A DNA stretch of 59,744 bases from assembly GCA_000993685.1 (NCBI GenBank), contig LBWP01000012.1, forward strand, positions 1-59,744, in the 5' to 3' direction. Positions 9,843 through 18,970 of the stretch are shown in pieces; position 1 is the first letter of the stretch; every line of letters begins with the position of its first letter. The translations under genes were made by a program, and so were the position numbers. The DNA is from Candidatus Woesebacteria bacterium GW2011_GWA1_39_21 (GTDB lineage Bacteria > Patescibacteriota > Microgenomatia > UBA8517). Under the pieces are notes generated by a model, which saw nothing but the letters and a program-made list of their open reading frames with translations, did no database searches and had not been told where the DNA came from.

Positions 9843-10391
9843 TTAAGGGTAACAATTTGGCCAGAGATAAAATTTGCCAATCGATATTAAATATGCTGCA
9901 GTTTGTGTCGCCTCCTCGGCATTTAAACGTAAATCAGGATTGGGATCTTCCCCCATTGGAAGACGATTGTTTTTCCATGTCGATGTGTTGAATTGAAAAA
10001 GCCCGGCGTATGGTCCGTTGATTGCACTTGGATTAAAACCAGATTCGCAGACAGCAACATATCGCAGAACATTAACATCAATTCCGTACTGTCCGGAAAA
10101 TCTTTCCATAAATCCCTGAATTTCTTCTGAACTTACTTTGGGTTGGGGAATTGGTGTAGTTGTAGGAATTTTGGTTGGAATTGCCGTTGGGGATGGGGGT
10201 GGTGTGGTTGTCGGAGATTCAATTGGAGATGGTTTGGGAGCTTCTGTGGAAGTTGGTGAGGTACCTAAATTTTGTATCGATAAGGAGAGAACATTATCAT
10301 CTTTGTTTTGATGAAAAATTCTCTCAGCGGCCCTGTATCCTGCGTAAAAACAAAGAAGTGGAGTTATAATCAAAATTGCGATTTTCTTCAT
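9843..10391 (-). CDS. Secreted lysozyme-like (SLT/Rpf-type) transglycosylase with PT-rich linker
   Basis: VAVCESGFNPSA...YAGLFQF...TW...WPNC. Confidence 0.8.
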   Translation of the reverse strand: MKKIAILIITPLLCFYAGYRAAERIFHQNKDDNVLSLSIQNLGTSPTSTEAPKPSPIESPTTTPPPSPTAIPTKIPTTTPIPQPKVSSEEIQGFMERFSGQYGIDVNVLRYVAVCESGFNPSAINGPYAGLFQFNTSTWKNNRLPMGEDPNPDLRLNAEEATQTAAYLISIGKFYLWPNCYP

Positions 10392-10454
10392 AACAAGTTT
10401 CTGACGAAATTGATATTTAAACTTTGTATTTCTATGGTGACTTCACATTATACT

Positions 10455-10648
10455 ATGACATCCTCCCCGCCTTAAAAGGCGGGGTTTCCCCTAGGAGGAT
10501 GACATATAAGCAAAGCTTAAGATTTTATCAAAAGCAAAGCTTGACTCTGCATACGCATTTTCAGAGTTCAATCCTGCCCGCTAGCTTGCGCAAGCTAAGC
10601 AGGCTGGTCATCCCCACCCTGAAGGGTGGGGTTTTCTTGAACGCTGTT
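10455..10648 (-). mobile_element. Non-autonomous IS200/IS605-type element, copy 2
   Basis: Reverse complement of 4-196 with few differences. TTAT (minus strand, 10649-10652) abuts the left end. Confidence 0.8.
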
Positions 10649-10649
10649 A

Positions 10650-10683
10650 TAAAATCAACCCCCGCGGGGGGGCGAGGGTTGAT
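10650..10683 (-). terminator. Intrinsic terminator-like hairpin
   Basis: Minus strand ATCAACCCTCGCCCCCCGCGGGGGTTGAT followed by TTTAT. Confidence 0.5.
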
Positions 10684-10869
10684 ATGAAAGGGGTAAAAAA
10701 ACTCAATTATTTTGTATCCGTTTGAATTTAACTTTCCCTATAGTTATCCGTACTTCGAGAGGTTTACCCTCCCCTATTTTCGGTAATATATACCAACATT
10801 CTGAAAGAAAGCTTAAAAATACTTTGTGATTATGACAAAACAAAATTAGATATTTGCTATACTTAAAAT

Positions 10870-11259
10870 ATGAAAAAGTGGGTTAGTATTGGCGTTGGAG
10901 GAATTATCTTTATCGCATTTTTGCTTTACATCATCACTAGTCTTTGGATTGGTAGCGATGTGCGTCGCTATTGTAAATCCGCGATCAGAATATATGGTGA
11001 CGGATGCGTTTTTGCCCTATCAGAAATGCTCGACGACAAAAGTATGCCATTTCGAGACAGAAATCATGCAATTTGGGCACTCGGGCAATTGGCGGATCCC
11101 AAAGCTTTACCCTATCTAACAAAATACTATACCGGAGTTATTCCCGAAAAAGAAAGCTTAGATGGGGCATTGAGTCAACGCGAAATTTCTAAAGCAATCA
11201 GACTTGCGCAGGGCAGTTTAAATATCACAGCAATCGTCTGGAGGCACGAAATAAAGTGA
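10870..11259 (+). CDS. Membrane-anchored HEAT-repeat protein
   Basis: N-terminal TM; RNHAIWALGQLADPKALPYL HEAT-like unit. Confidence 0.7.
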   Translation: MKKWVSIGVGGIIFIAFLLYIITSLWIGSDVRRYCKSAIRIYGDGCVFALSEMLDDKSMPFRDRNHAIWALGQLADPKALPYLTKYYTGVIPEKESLDGALSQREISKAIRLAQGSLNITAIVWRHEIK

Positions 11260-11265
11260 AACTGA

Positions 11266-12270
11266 CTATTCAGCTGGCAACTTCACGGTAAATATCGAGC
11301 CTTTGCCAACCGTACTTTCTACGCCAATTGAACCATTGTGAATGTTAACAATACTTTTTGCGATTGATAATCCCAACCCAAATCCAAGTGTATTAATTTT
11401 CGATCTGGAAGCGTCGGAACGATAAAATCTTTCAAACAAATAAGGTAGATCCTCCTTTGGAATTCCAATTCCATTGTCTGAAACTGCAATAATTATGTAC
11501 TTGCCTTTACAGTTGTATTTTATATTGACCATCTTTTTTTTCTGTGAATACTTAACCGCATTATCCAGCAAAATTGTAATCAGTTTTTCCAAACTCTCTT
11601 TATTTCCGCTCAAAAAAACATCGTCTTTGTTAAATTCAATTTGTATACCTTTACTTTTTCCGAGGGGTCTGATCTTATTAACTGAAGTTTCAACAATATC
11701 TTTTAGATTCACTCTCGCAAACGATTCTTTCAAATTATTTTGCTGGTAGCGGGTTAAACTTAGTAAATCGTTGGTCAAGCTTGTCATACTTTTTACATCG
11801 TTTAAACTATCCTTAAGTGTAAAAAGTGCAGATTTCAAATCAATTTTCTTATCCCTTAATGCAACTTCAATCGAAGTTTGGAGTGCCGTAAGTGGAGTTT
11901 TTAATTCATGGCTCGCGTCTGCAATAAAACGTTTTTGCTCCTCCATCGCATTTTCAATTGGATGGAGAGTCAACCCAGCCAAAAAATATCCTGCCAGGGA
12001 AGAAAAAATTAAAATAACAACGTTTGTATAAATTAAAATAATTAATACCCGATCCTCAACTTCCCTAAGATCCTCAATAAACATCATGTTCTGCGTCGTA
12101 GGAGGCAGATAGATCCGCTGAGGCGGGTTTAGGCGTCTTTCAATCAAGGATAATCTTTGTTGTATTTCCACAGAAACCATCCTGTATATAAAAAGGCTAA
12201 AAGCGATACTAATCGCCACAATGATCCCAGAGTAAACAACAGTTAATTTGATACGGGCCTTCTTAAACAT
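11266..12270 (-). CDS. Two-component sensor histidine kinase
   Basis: Two TMs, DASHELKTPL H-box, LLDNAVKY, DNGIGI, GFGLGLSI. Confidence 0.95.
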   Translation of the reverse strand: MFKKARIKLTVVYSGIIVAISIAFSLFIYRMVSVEIQQRLSLIERRLNPPQRIYLPPTTQNMMFIEDLREVEDRVLIILIYTNVVILIFSSLAGYFLAGLTLHPIENAMEEQKRFIADASHELKTPLTALQTSIEVALRDKKIDLKSALFTLKDSLNDVKSMTSLTNDLLSLTRYQQNNLKESFARVNLKDIVETSVNKIRPLGKSKGIQIEFNKDDVFLSGNKESLEKLITILLDNAVKYSQKKKMVNIKYNCKGKYIIIAVSDNGIGIPKEDLPYLFERFYRSDASRSKINTLGFGLGLSIAKSIVNIHNGSIGVESTVGKGSIFTVKLPAE

Positions 12271-12277
12271 GCGCGAA

Positions 12278-12961
12278 TTAATTCACCGCCAATTTATAAC
12301 CAAAACCTCTGACTGTTTGGATTAACCGTGGTTGGTCTTTAAACGGTTCGTCAATTTTCTTTCTTAGGTAACCGATGTAGACCTCTACCGTATTAGGTAA
12401 AATATCGGCTTCATATTCCCAAACACTTTCCATTAACGTATCTTTGCTTATAATTTTACCCGAATTTCTCATTAAATATTCCAAGAGGGTGAATTCTTTC
12501 CTAGACAATTTAATTTGTTTGTTTCCGCGCGTTACTTCAAAAGTTGTTTTATCAAGCGTTAAACCACCAACCTTAAGTACAGAATCTTTCGCGACTTCCC
12601 ACGGACGCCTCCCTAAGGCGGTAACTCTTGCAAGAAGTTCCTCAAAAGAAAATGGTTTCGGCAGGTAATCGTCCGCACCGATATTTAACCCCTTAACCCT
12701 GTCTTCAACACTACTTCTTGCCGTCAACATCAAAATTGGTGAGGGAACATCATCGTCCTGTCTAAGTTTTTTACAAATTGTCATTCCATCAATTTTTGGC
12801 AGCATCAAGTCAAGGATAATTAAGTCATAGTTTTCACCTGACGCAAGATCGTAACCCACCTCACCGTCGTAGGCAACATCAACAACATGACTCTCCTGTT
12901 CAAGGCCTCTTTTTAGTGAATTGGCAATTTTTTCCTCGTCTTCAACAATTAATATTTTCAT
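12278..12961 (-). CDS. OmpR/PhoB-family response regulator
   Basis: ILIVEDE, LDLMLP, GADDYLPKPF, winged helix ending TVRGFGY. Confidence 0.95.
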   Translation of the reverse strand: MKILIVEDEEKIANSLKRGLEQESHVVDVAYDGEVGYDLASGENYDLIILDLMLPKIDGMTICKKLRQDDDVPSPILMLTARSSVEDRVKGLNIGADDYLPKPFSFEELLARVTALGRRPWEVAKDSVLKVGGLTLDKTTFEVTRGNKQIKLSRKEFTLLEYLMRNSGKIISKDTLMESVWEYEADILPNTVEVYIGYLRKKIDEPFKDQPRLIQTVRGFGYKLAVN

Positions 12962-12967
12962 ATCTTG

Positions 12968-12998
12968 ATTATATAATGAAATCTGAATCCAAGCTGAA
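12968..12998 (-). promoter_or_regulatory. Promoter of the response regulator operon with a TTCAG-N6-TTCAG box
   Basis: Minus strand TTCAG CTTGGA TTCAG, then TATAAT 6 nt before ATG. Confidence 0.6.
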
Positions 12999-13062
12999 AG
13001 CGGTTTCTAATATATTGAATTACCTCTAACTATTACTGTAAAATGAATTTATAGAAGTATTT

Positions 13063-13482
13063 ATGATGCACAACAAGAGAAAATTTGTTCTTTTATCGAT
13101 AATTGTGTTAATACTCTCCGCAGTCGTAGTTTTTATATTACTTTCAATGCATCAGCCGCCAAACACCGGCAAGCAATCAGTTGAGGATAATACAAGTCAC
13201 ATTATCGCTCAAAGCGACAAACCCTTTTATATCGAAATTCCCTCGACTCCAGCAACGGGGTACCAGTGGCAAGCAGATTTTGATTCTAAAGCACTAAAAC
13301 TTGTCAATGTCGAGTTTAAACAAACCCAAAACCAAGGAATAGTCGGGGCTACCGAAATCCAAGTATTTGAATTTCAGCCGCTTGCAAAACAAGATTCAGT
13401 TGTAACGCTTCAATATGTTAGACCGTGGGAAAAGGACGTCCCTGCCGCAGACACTAAAATCTACAAAATCTTTGTGAAATAA
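13063..13482 (+). CDS. Chagasin-family (I42) cysteine protease inhibitor, membrane anchored
   Basis: STPATGYQW, GIVGA and YVRPWE loops. Confidence 0.85.
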   Translation: MMHNKRKFVLLSIIVLILSAVVVFILLSMHQPPNTGKQSVEDNTSHIIAQSDKPFYIEIPSTPATGYQWQADFDSKALKLVNVEFKQTQNQGIVGATEIQVFEFQPLAKQDSVVTLQYVRPWEKDVPAADTKIYKIFVK

Positions 13483-13517
13483 AATTTGACTAAATAAGAT
13501 TGATTCAAAGACAGAAA

Positions 13518-13889
13518 CTACTTCTTTTGCTTTTTCATCAGACTTTGTTTCAAATGCGATTCGTGCGATTCAATTCCGAAGATATCATTCAACTCCTGAA
13601 CAATATTCACCATTCTCACGCCAATTAAATCTTGAACCGGCGTTTCCAATCTCTCGTTCAAATAATCAATAATCACCAAATCATAAGGTCTCTCTAAAAA
13701 CATCGAGATAAATTCTTCGTGGACTTCTTCATTTAATTCAGAAAGAATTGCACCAATAATTTTGTTATTAATATATTCATCAACTAAATTCCACAAATCT
13801 ACTTTTTCCTCGTTGTCGTTCACAATATTTTCAATGTGAACTTTTAAACTATCGATCTCGATCAAATGGTCAAAAAATACTTTACTCAT
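13518..13889 (-). CDS. Hypothetical protein
   Basis: 123-aa helical ORF overlapping the upstream stop codon (coupled). Confidence 0.6.
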   Translation of the reverse strand: MSKVFFDHLIEIDSLKVHIENIVNDNEEKVDLWNLVDEYINNKIIGAILSELNEEVHEEFISMFLERPYDLVIIDYLNERLETPVQDLIGVRMVNIVQELNDIFGIESHESHLKQSLMKKQKK

Positions 13890-14857
13890 GTTAAACCTAA
13901 TAATGTATTATCTAAAGCTGGAATCTTTCCGTATTCAACTGGTCCCAATGGAATTTTGTTTTCTGGATCGTCAACAAAAAACACCAACACTTTTCCTTTT
14001 TTATACTTCATTCCACCAAGAGAATCCATAACCTCAGGACTCCCTCCAAATTGTTTGCCGGTCCATGCTGCCGGCCCGGAATCCGCGATTGCACAAACTA
14101 CGGCGTTCCCATTTTCAACATTAACAATTATAACCTTCCTATATTTATACCAATTTTTTAGATACGGCTGTCGCGTATTCCAATCGGGTAGATACAACGT
14201 TTGAACAACCGCATACCACTTTTCCGTCTCCTCTAAACTTGGTGTGAGTGCCTCCCTCGACAATGCAAAATAACCCCATGCCCCGAGTCCGGGCGCCATT
14301 CCAGAGGCAGCATATTTATCGTCTCCATGCCCGATCATACCATCTCCCGGATAGCGTTTCAGGTGCTGTTCGGCGCCAATATAACCAAATGTCGTATTCA
14401 AATGTTCACCCTCAAGCGTTGCCTTTGCAGGAATTCCTGTTGTGTCTTTGACAATATATTCCACAACTTTTTCTTCGTTCACCGATAAGGGTCTAGCAAC
14501 ATCCGGAAGTATTGGTCTCAACGCATCGGTTAAAACCTGGTTCTTAACTTTCAAATTCGAAAAAGCCTTATCTAACTCTGGATAACTATAGATCTCGTGT
14601 GGTTGAGGAAGCGACAGTGTTGAAGAAGGAGTGCTTAACAGAAAACTTCCACCAATTAACCCTGCACCGATTAGTTTCGCCGAATGCTGCCTGATCTGTT
14701 TTAGGCTAAGATTTTTTTCCTCCAAAGCTTTTTTTACCTTGGGAAAACTTACAAATAAATTATTCTCTTCTTCATTATTTTTTAGCTTTAATTTATTTCT
14801 AAGACTCTCAAAATCTATCTTTTCCTTAAACAATTTTTGAGCAGGTGATTTGCGCAT
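13886..14857 (-). CDS. Hypothetical membrane-anchored protein with a possible RlpA/DPBB-like C-terminal barrel
   Basis: VIIVN..NG.AVV..IADSGPA....K.FGGSPEVM..LG resembles the DPBB D.GP motif. Confidence 0.55.
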   Translation of the reverse strand: MRKSPAQKLFKEKIDFESLRNKLKLKNNEEENNLFVSFPKVKKALEEKNLSLKQIRQHSAKLIGAGLIGGSFLLSTPSSTLSLPQPHEIYSYPELDKAFSNLKVKNQVLTDALRPILPDVARPLSVNEEKVVEYIVKDTTGIPAKATLEGEHLNTTFGYIGAEQHLKRYPGDGMIGHGDDKYAASGMAPGLGAWGYFALSREALTPSLEETEKWYAVVQTLYLPDWNTRQPYLKNWYKYRKVIIVNVENGNAVVCAIADSGPAAWTGKQFGGSPEVMDSLGGMKYKKGKVLVFFVDDPENKIPLGPVEYGKIPALDNTLLGLT

Positions 14858-14862
14858 ATACT

Positions 14863-14896
14863 AAAGTAAAAGAGTGAAAGGGTAAAAGGGTGAAAG
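14863..14896. repeat. Degenerate 8-nt tandem repeat (RAAAGRGT)
   Basis: aaagt aaaagagt gaaagggt aaaagggt gaaagt. Confidence 0.6.
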
Positions 14897-14943
14897 TTTA
14901 TGCATTATTTTATTTATTATGTGATGCAGGTCTTCTGAATTAT

Positions 14944-16299
14944 CTAATTACTAATGTCCAGCGCCTTTCTTAATCTTACAAGGGTTTCTTCTTTTCCTAA
15001 AATTTCAATCGAATCATTTATTGGCGGAGTAAATTTTTTCCCTGTCAATGCAATTCTTAAATCCATAAAAAAATCACCTGTTTTGAATCCTTTACTTTTT
15101 ACTTCATTAAGAAGATTTGTATTAATGCTTTCCAGTTTCCATTCAGAAATACTAGAAATTATTTTCAGAGCACTTCCCAAATGTTGATTTGCATCATCGC
15201 CAAACAAATTTTTATCGACACTTGGTTTTTCGTAAAAAAAGCCGGCAAGGTCGAAATAATCAGATAATTTAACTATTCTCTCCTTGACAATGGGAATTGA
15301 TTTATCAAGTATATCTTTATTTAATTTATCCTTATACAGATCACCTATCAAACGGGATAGTTGGTGATTGTCTGTATTTCGGATGTAATAGCCATTAAAC
15401 CAATCAAGTTTTTTTCTGTCAAAAATTGGGTTTGAAACTTGAAAACCATCAGGATTAAAAACTTTTACAAACCCTTCCAAAGAAAAGGTCTCGCTATTAT
15501 CTTTCGGTGCCCATCCGGTAAGCATAATGAAATTTAGAATAGCATCAGGAAGATACCCTTCATCTAATAAACCTTCACAAGATGTACTTCCCTTTCTTTT
15601 TGATAGTTTACCTCCTTCTGGGTCAAGAATATCTGTCAAATGTCCAATCTCCGGAACATCAAATTTTAAATACTTATACACAAGAAGGTGGATTGGTGTT
15701 GATGACATCCAGTCGTGGCCACGCAAAACATGTGTCACGTTCATATCTGTGTCATCAACAACCACAGCCAGATGGTAGGTCGGATAGCCATCAGTTTTTA
15801 ACAATGTAGCGTCACCCACAACCGAAGTGTCCCACTCGACAAATTTCTTCGATACAAAATCGGTAAATGAAATTTTTTCGTTATCCGGAACTTTAAGTTT
15901 AACTGCCCCACTCGCTAGTTTTTTACTTCGGCAAGGGTCTCTCAAATCTTTTGAAAAACCATCCTCTTTCGCGTTTTTTGCAACACATTGGCAGTAGAAA
16001 GCCTTACCCATCGCAACCAGCTTTTCCGCTGCTTTTTTGTAAATATCACTCTTCACTCTTTCTGATTGTATGTAATATTCATCCCACTGAATATTAAATC
16101 TTTTCAAAAGGCTTTTTATTTCTTCAACTCCACCGGTTTTCTCTCTTTTTTTATCTGTATCTTCAATTCTGAGAATGAAATCACCATCGTTATGTTTCGC
16201 CAACGCATATGCATACAAAGCAGTCCGTAAATTTCCGATGTGCATCGAGCCAGTGGGGCTTGGGGCAAAACGAGTTCTGACAGAATTAGCTTTACTCAT
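14944..16299 (-). CDS. gltX: Glutamate--tRNA ligase
   Basis: RTRFAPSPTG.MHIGN, LRIEDTD, PTYH...VVDD, KLSKR. Confidence 0.95.
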   Translation of the reverse strand: MSKANSVRTRFAPSPTGSMHIGNLRTALYAYALAKHNDGDFILRIEDTDKKREKTGGVEEIKSLLKRFNIQWDEYYIQSERVKSDIYKKAAEKLVAMGKAFYCQCVAKNAKEDGFSKDLRDPCRSKKLASGAVKLKVPDNEKISFTDFVSKKFVEWDTSVVGDATLLKTDGYPTYHLAVVVDDTDMNVTHVLRGHDWMSSTPIHLLVYKYLKFDVPEIGHLTDILDPEGGKLSKRKGSTSCEGLLDEGYLPDAILNFIMLTGWAPKDNSETFSLEGFVKVFNPDGFQVSNPIFDRKKLDWFNGYYIRNTDNHQLSRLIGDLYKDKLNKDILDKSIPIVKERIVKLSDYFDLAGFFYEKPSVDKNLFGDDANQHLGSALKIISSISEWKLESINTNLLNEVKSKGFKTGDFFMDLRIALTGKKFTPPINDSIEILGKEETLVRLRKALDISN

Positions 16300-16347
16300 A
16301 AAAATCTAATTGAATTGTAACACCCACGAAGGGTATACTCAAAGTCA

Positions 16348-16423
16348 GAGTAAAAGGGTAAAAGAGTAAAAGTGTGAGAGACAAACTTAATTCTTACGTT
16401 TTACCTTCTTGCCTTTTTACCTT
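16348..16423. repeat. 8-nt tandem repeat (AAAAGRGT) followed by complementary tract
   Basis: agagtaaaagggtaaaagagtaaaagtgt, then ttttaccttcttgcctttttacctt. Confidence 0.55.
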
Positions 16424-16428
16424 ATAAC

Positions 16429-17472
16429 ATGACTTCCTTAACCCAAGTATCAATTCTGTCAAGGAAAATAATCCGTTACTCGATTTACACCGCTATTTTT
16501 ATCGTAATTGTCCGATACTCATATTTAATCGGGACAAAAATATACCGAAAGTATTTTCCTGAACCACCACCGCCACCCACCTTATCGTTTGGCAAGTTGG
16601 CAAAAATCCCGTTTCCGGAAAAAGAAGTTCCAAAGGATCTTGTATTTACTTTGGAAACTGTAGACGGCAAACTCCCAAAATTCCCAAAGCAACTTTCTGT
16701 TTATTTTATGCCAAAGGCAATCTCCACAATTAACTCGCTGGATTCAGCAAAACAAAAAGCTACCAGCTTGGGCTTTGATCCCAACGGCGTTGAGTTAGTT
16801 GAAACCGTATATTTGTTTAAACACAGTAAATCGCCAGCATCATTAAATCTGAATATTGTAACGGGAATTTTCTCAATCAGTTATGACTTAAATTCCAAAC
16901 CATCCGTCTTAGAACAACCACCTCCGGATCCCAAAACTGCAACTGCTTTAGCAAAAACTTATCTCACACGTGCGAGGTCTCTACCAGGTGATCTTACGGG
17001 ACCAGTGGCAAATGAGTATCTAAAAATACAAGACGGAAAAATCGTACCCGCAAGTTCGCTGTCCAACGCAAACGTCACAAAAATTAATCTTTACAGAAAA
17101 GATTACAACGACTTGTCCAATGTTACTGGAACTGCAAATCAGGCTAACATTTGGTTTATGTTTACAGGGTCAAGAGACCCAGGAGATCAAGTTATTGCAG
17201 CAGAATACAAATATTTCTCCGTTGATGAAAACAAAAGCGGAACTTATCCGATCAAAACTTCCGACGAAGCTTGGGAAGAACTAAAATCGGGAAATGCATA
17301 TTTTGCTAACGTCGATGATTCCTCAAACGGAAATATCACAATCCGAAAGGTCTACCCGGCTTATTATGACCCAAACCAATATACAGAATTTTACCAACCA
17401 GTTATTGTTTTTGAGGGGGATAATAATTTCGCAGCCTACGTTTCCGCAGTAGCAAATGACTACGTTCAATGA
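16429..17472 (+). CDS. Membrane-anchored hypothetical protein
   Basis: 347-aa ORF with TM and PPPPP linker. Its stop codon lies inside the adjacent mobile element end. Confidence 0.7.
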   Translation: MTSLTQVSILSRKIIRYSIYTAIFIVIVRYSYLIGTKIYRKYFPEPPPPPTLSFGKLAKIPFPEKEVPKDLVFTLETVDGKLPKFPKQLSVYFMPKAISTINSLDSAKQKATSLGFDPNGVELVETVYLFKHSKSPASLNLNIVTGIFSISYDLNSKPSVLEQPPPDPKTATALAKTYLTRARSLPGDLTGPVANEYLKIQDGKIVPASSLSNANVTKINLYRKDYNDLSNVTGTANQANIWFMFTGSRDPGDQVIAAEYKYFSVDENKSGTYPIKTSDEAWEELKSGNAYFANVDDSSNGNITIRKVYPAYYDPNQYTEFYQPVIVFEGDNNFAAYVSAVANDYVQ

Positions 17473-17611
17473 CATCCTCCCCGCCTTAAAAGGCGGGGTT
17501 TCCCCAAGGAGGATGACATATAAGCAAAGCTTAAGATTTTATCAAAAGCAAAGCTTAAGATTTTATCAAAAGCAAAGCTTAAGATTTTATCAAAAGCAAA
17601 GCTTAACTCTG
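17469..17611 (-). mobile_element. IS200/IS605-type element copy 3, right-end portion only
   Basis: Matches 10455 onward, then diverges after AAGCTTAACTCTG. Confidence 0.8.
17522..17606. repeat. 24-bp tandem repeat x3.5 (AAGCAAAGCTTAAGATTTTATCAA)
   Basis: Three exact units plus 13 nt. Only 1.5 units are present in copies 1 and 2. Confidence 0.95.
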
Positions 17612-17646
17612 TTTGCACATAGGACACCAAATTTAGTTTAAAAATT

Positions 17647-18372
17647 TTATTTCTTCCTACCCTTCCAAATTCCATCAATATTATCCAAACTTAATTCAGC
17701 AGGTAATTGACTTTCATCTTCCAACCTCATTTTAATCATAAAAGAATATGCCGCAACAATCCTTGTAACGTTATCCAAAAACTCCCGATCTCTATCTTTA
17801 AATGTAATATTACCAGTAGCTGCCATTCCCATATCCAGATTATGGTGAACTTTTCCATTAGAAAATTCCAGATATGTGTATGGAGCATCTAATCCACGAT
17901 CCCAATCTTCCATTGTTCTCTGTATATCAATTAATCCGATCGATTGTTTTGTTCTTTTATCTTTTATATCCAGTTCCGTCAATATATATTTTTTTCCGTA
18001 GTAATCAGTCTGCCACCCTCCATCATTTAAATAATCTCCATACCCCAAAGATGTACCTTTAGAAAAATATGTACTAGACCCCAAATTATCGATTAAATTC
18101 CAATCTGTAACTTCGCCGCTGCCGTCAAAAATTTTGCTATTGGCCTCGCTTAAGATAAGCGGAATCTCTGACTTAGTCCGTTGGAATCGATCTTCGCTTG
18201 AATATGCTTGCCTGCTCAATTCTTGTTTTCTCTCCTGATCTTTTTGCTTCTGAGTAATTTCTCCCTGTCTTTTAGCTTCCAAAGCCGCCTGTTTAGAATT
18301 AAACTCTGCAGCTTCCTCAGCTTCTCTTTGTTTTATAATATCAGCGTTTTCATTTAGTAGTTTCTTTGCCAT
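17647..18372 (-). CDS. Hypothetical protein (possibly the 3' part of a frameshifted gene)
   Basis: 241-aa ORF; the frame stays open without a start codon up to ~18564. Confidence 0.55.
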   Translation of the reverse strand: MAKKLLNENADIIKQREAEEAAEFNSKQAALEAKRQGEITQKQKDQERKQELSRQAYSSEDRFQRTKSEIPLILSEANSKIFDGSGEVTDWNLIDNLGSSTYFSKGTSLGYGDYLNDGGWQTDYYGKKYILTELDIKDKRTKQSIGLIDIQRTMEDWDRGLDAPYTYLEFSNGKVHHNLDMGMAATGNITFKDRDREFLDNVTRIVAAYSFMIKMRLEDESQLPAELSLDNIDGIWKGRKK

Positions 18373-18533
18373 CTCAATATCAGGTGAGCTAGAAGAACCA
18401 ATATCAATATAATTAATCGGTAATGTGCTCGGACGACTATTACTATCAGAATTTGAACTTATATGATGGTAGATAGGTTTAGCATCTGTTACAGAAGTAC
18501 GAGCTTTGGGGTCGTTAACACTACTATCAGTAT

Positions 18534-18851
18534 TTAAACCCCTATAGCCGTAAGGATTCGTGTGTCATCAGTCATCGAAGCGACAGGGAGTAATCCGACA
18601 ACTTCTTTAATATCCGGTAAGGGGGCGCCATGTGCCCGTGCGTACTCCCAACAAACAATAGCCCCTAACCCGACCGAGCTCATCCCTATCATGTGAGGAA
18701 TTTTAGCGTCAGAGTTGATATTTACGACTAAACTATTGAAACGATTTTGATATCCCTTTATTTTCCCCAAAGCATCACTAAAAGACCCGCCTTCCCGAAA
18801 GGTTTTTTGTGTTTTTTCTATAAACGGGTGAACACAGCTTCTTTCAATCAT
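18534..18851 (-). CDS. Hypothetical protein (possibly the 5' part of a frameshifted gene)
   Basis: 105-aa ORF with upstream GGAG SD; ends in GGGGTTTAA. Confidence 0.5.
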   Translation of the reverse strand: MIERSCVHPFIEKTQKTFREGGSFSDALGKIKGYQNRFNSLVVNINSDAKIPHMIGMSSVGLGAIVCWEYARAHGAPLPDIKEVVGLLPVASMTDDTRILTAIGV

Positions 18852-18970
18852 TTTTCCCTATCTCCTGAATAATTGTGACTATATTAACATCTTTTATTTC
18901 GATTATCCAATATTTATGAGAAAATGTTACTCATTATCAGCAAATAAATTCTGTCAAATCGTACCCAATA

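Noticed and set aside
10424-10687. 87-aa ORF, with similar ORFs at 17456-17641 and 17466-17678
   Set aside because: These are translations of the non-coding IS-derived element and its tandem repeat.
17522-17606. Possible CRISPR array
   Set aside because: The 24-bp units are directly adjacent with no spacers and lie inside a mobile element; no cas1/cas2 are present.
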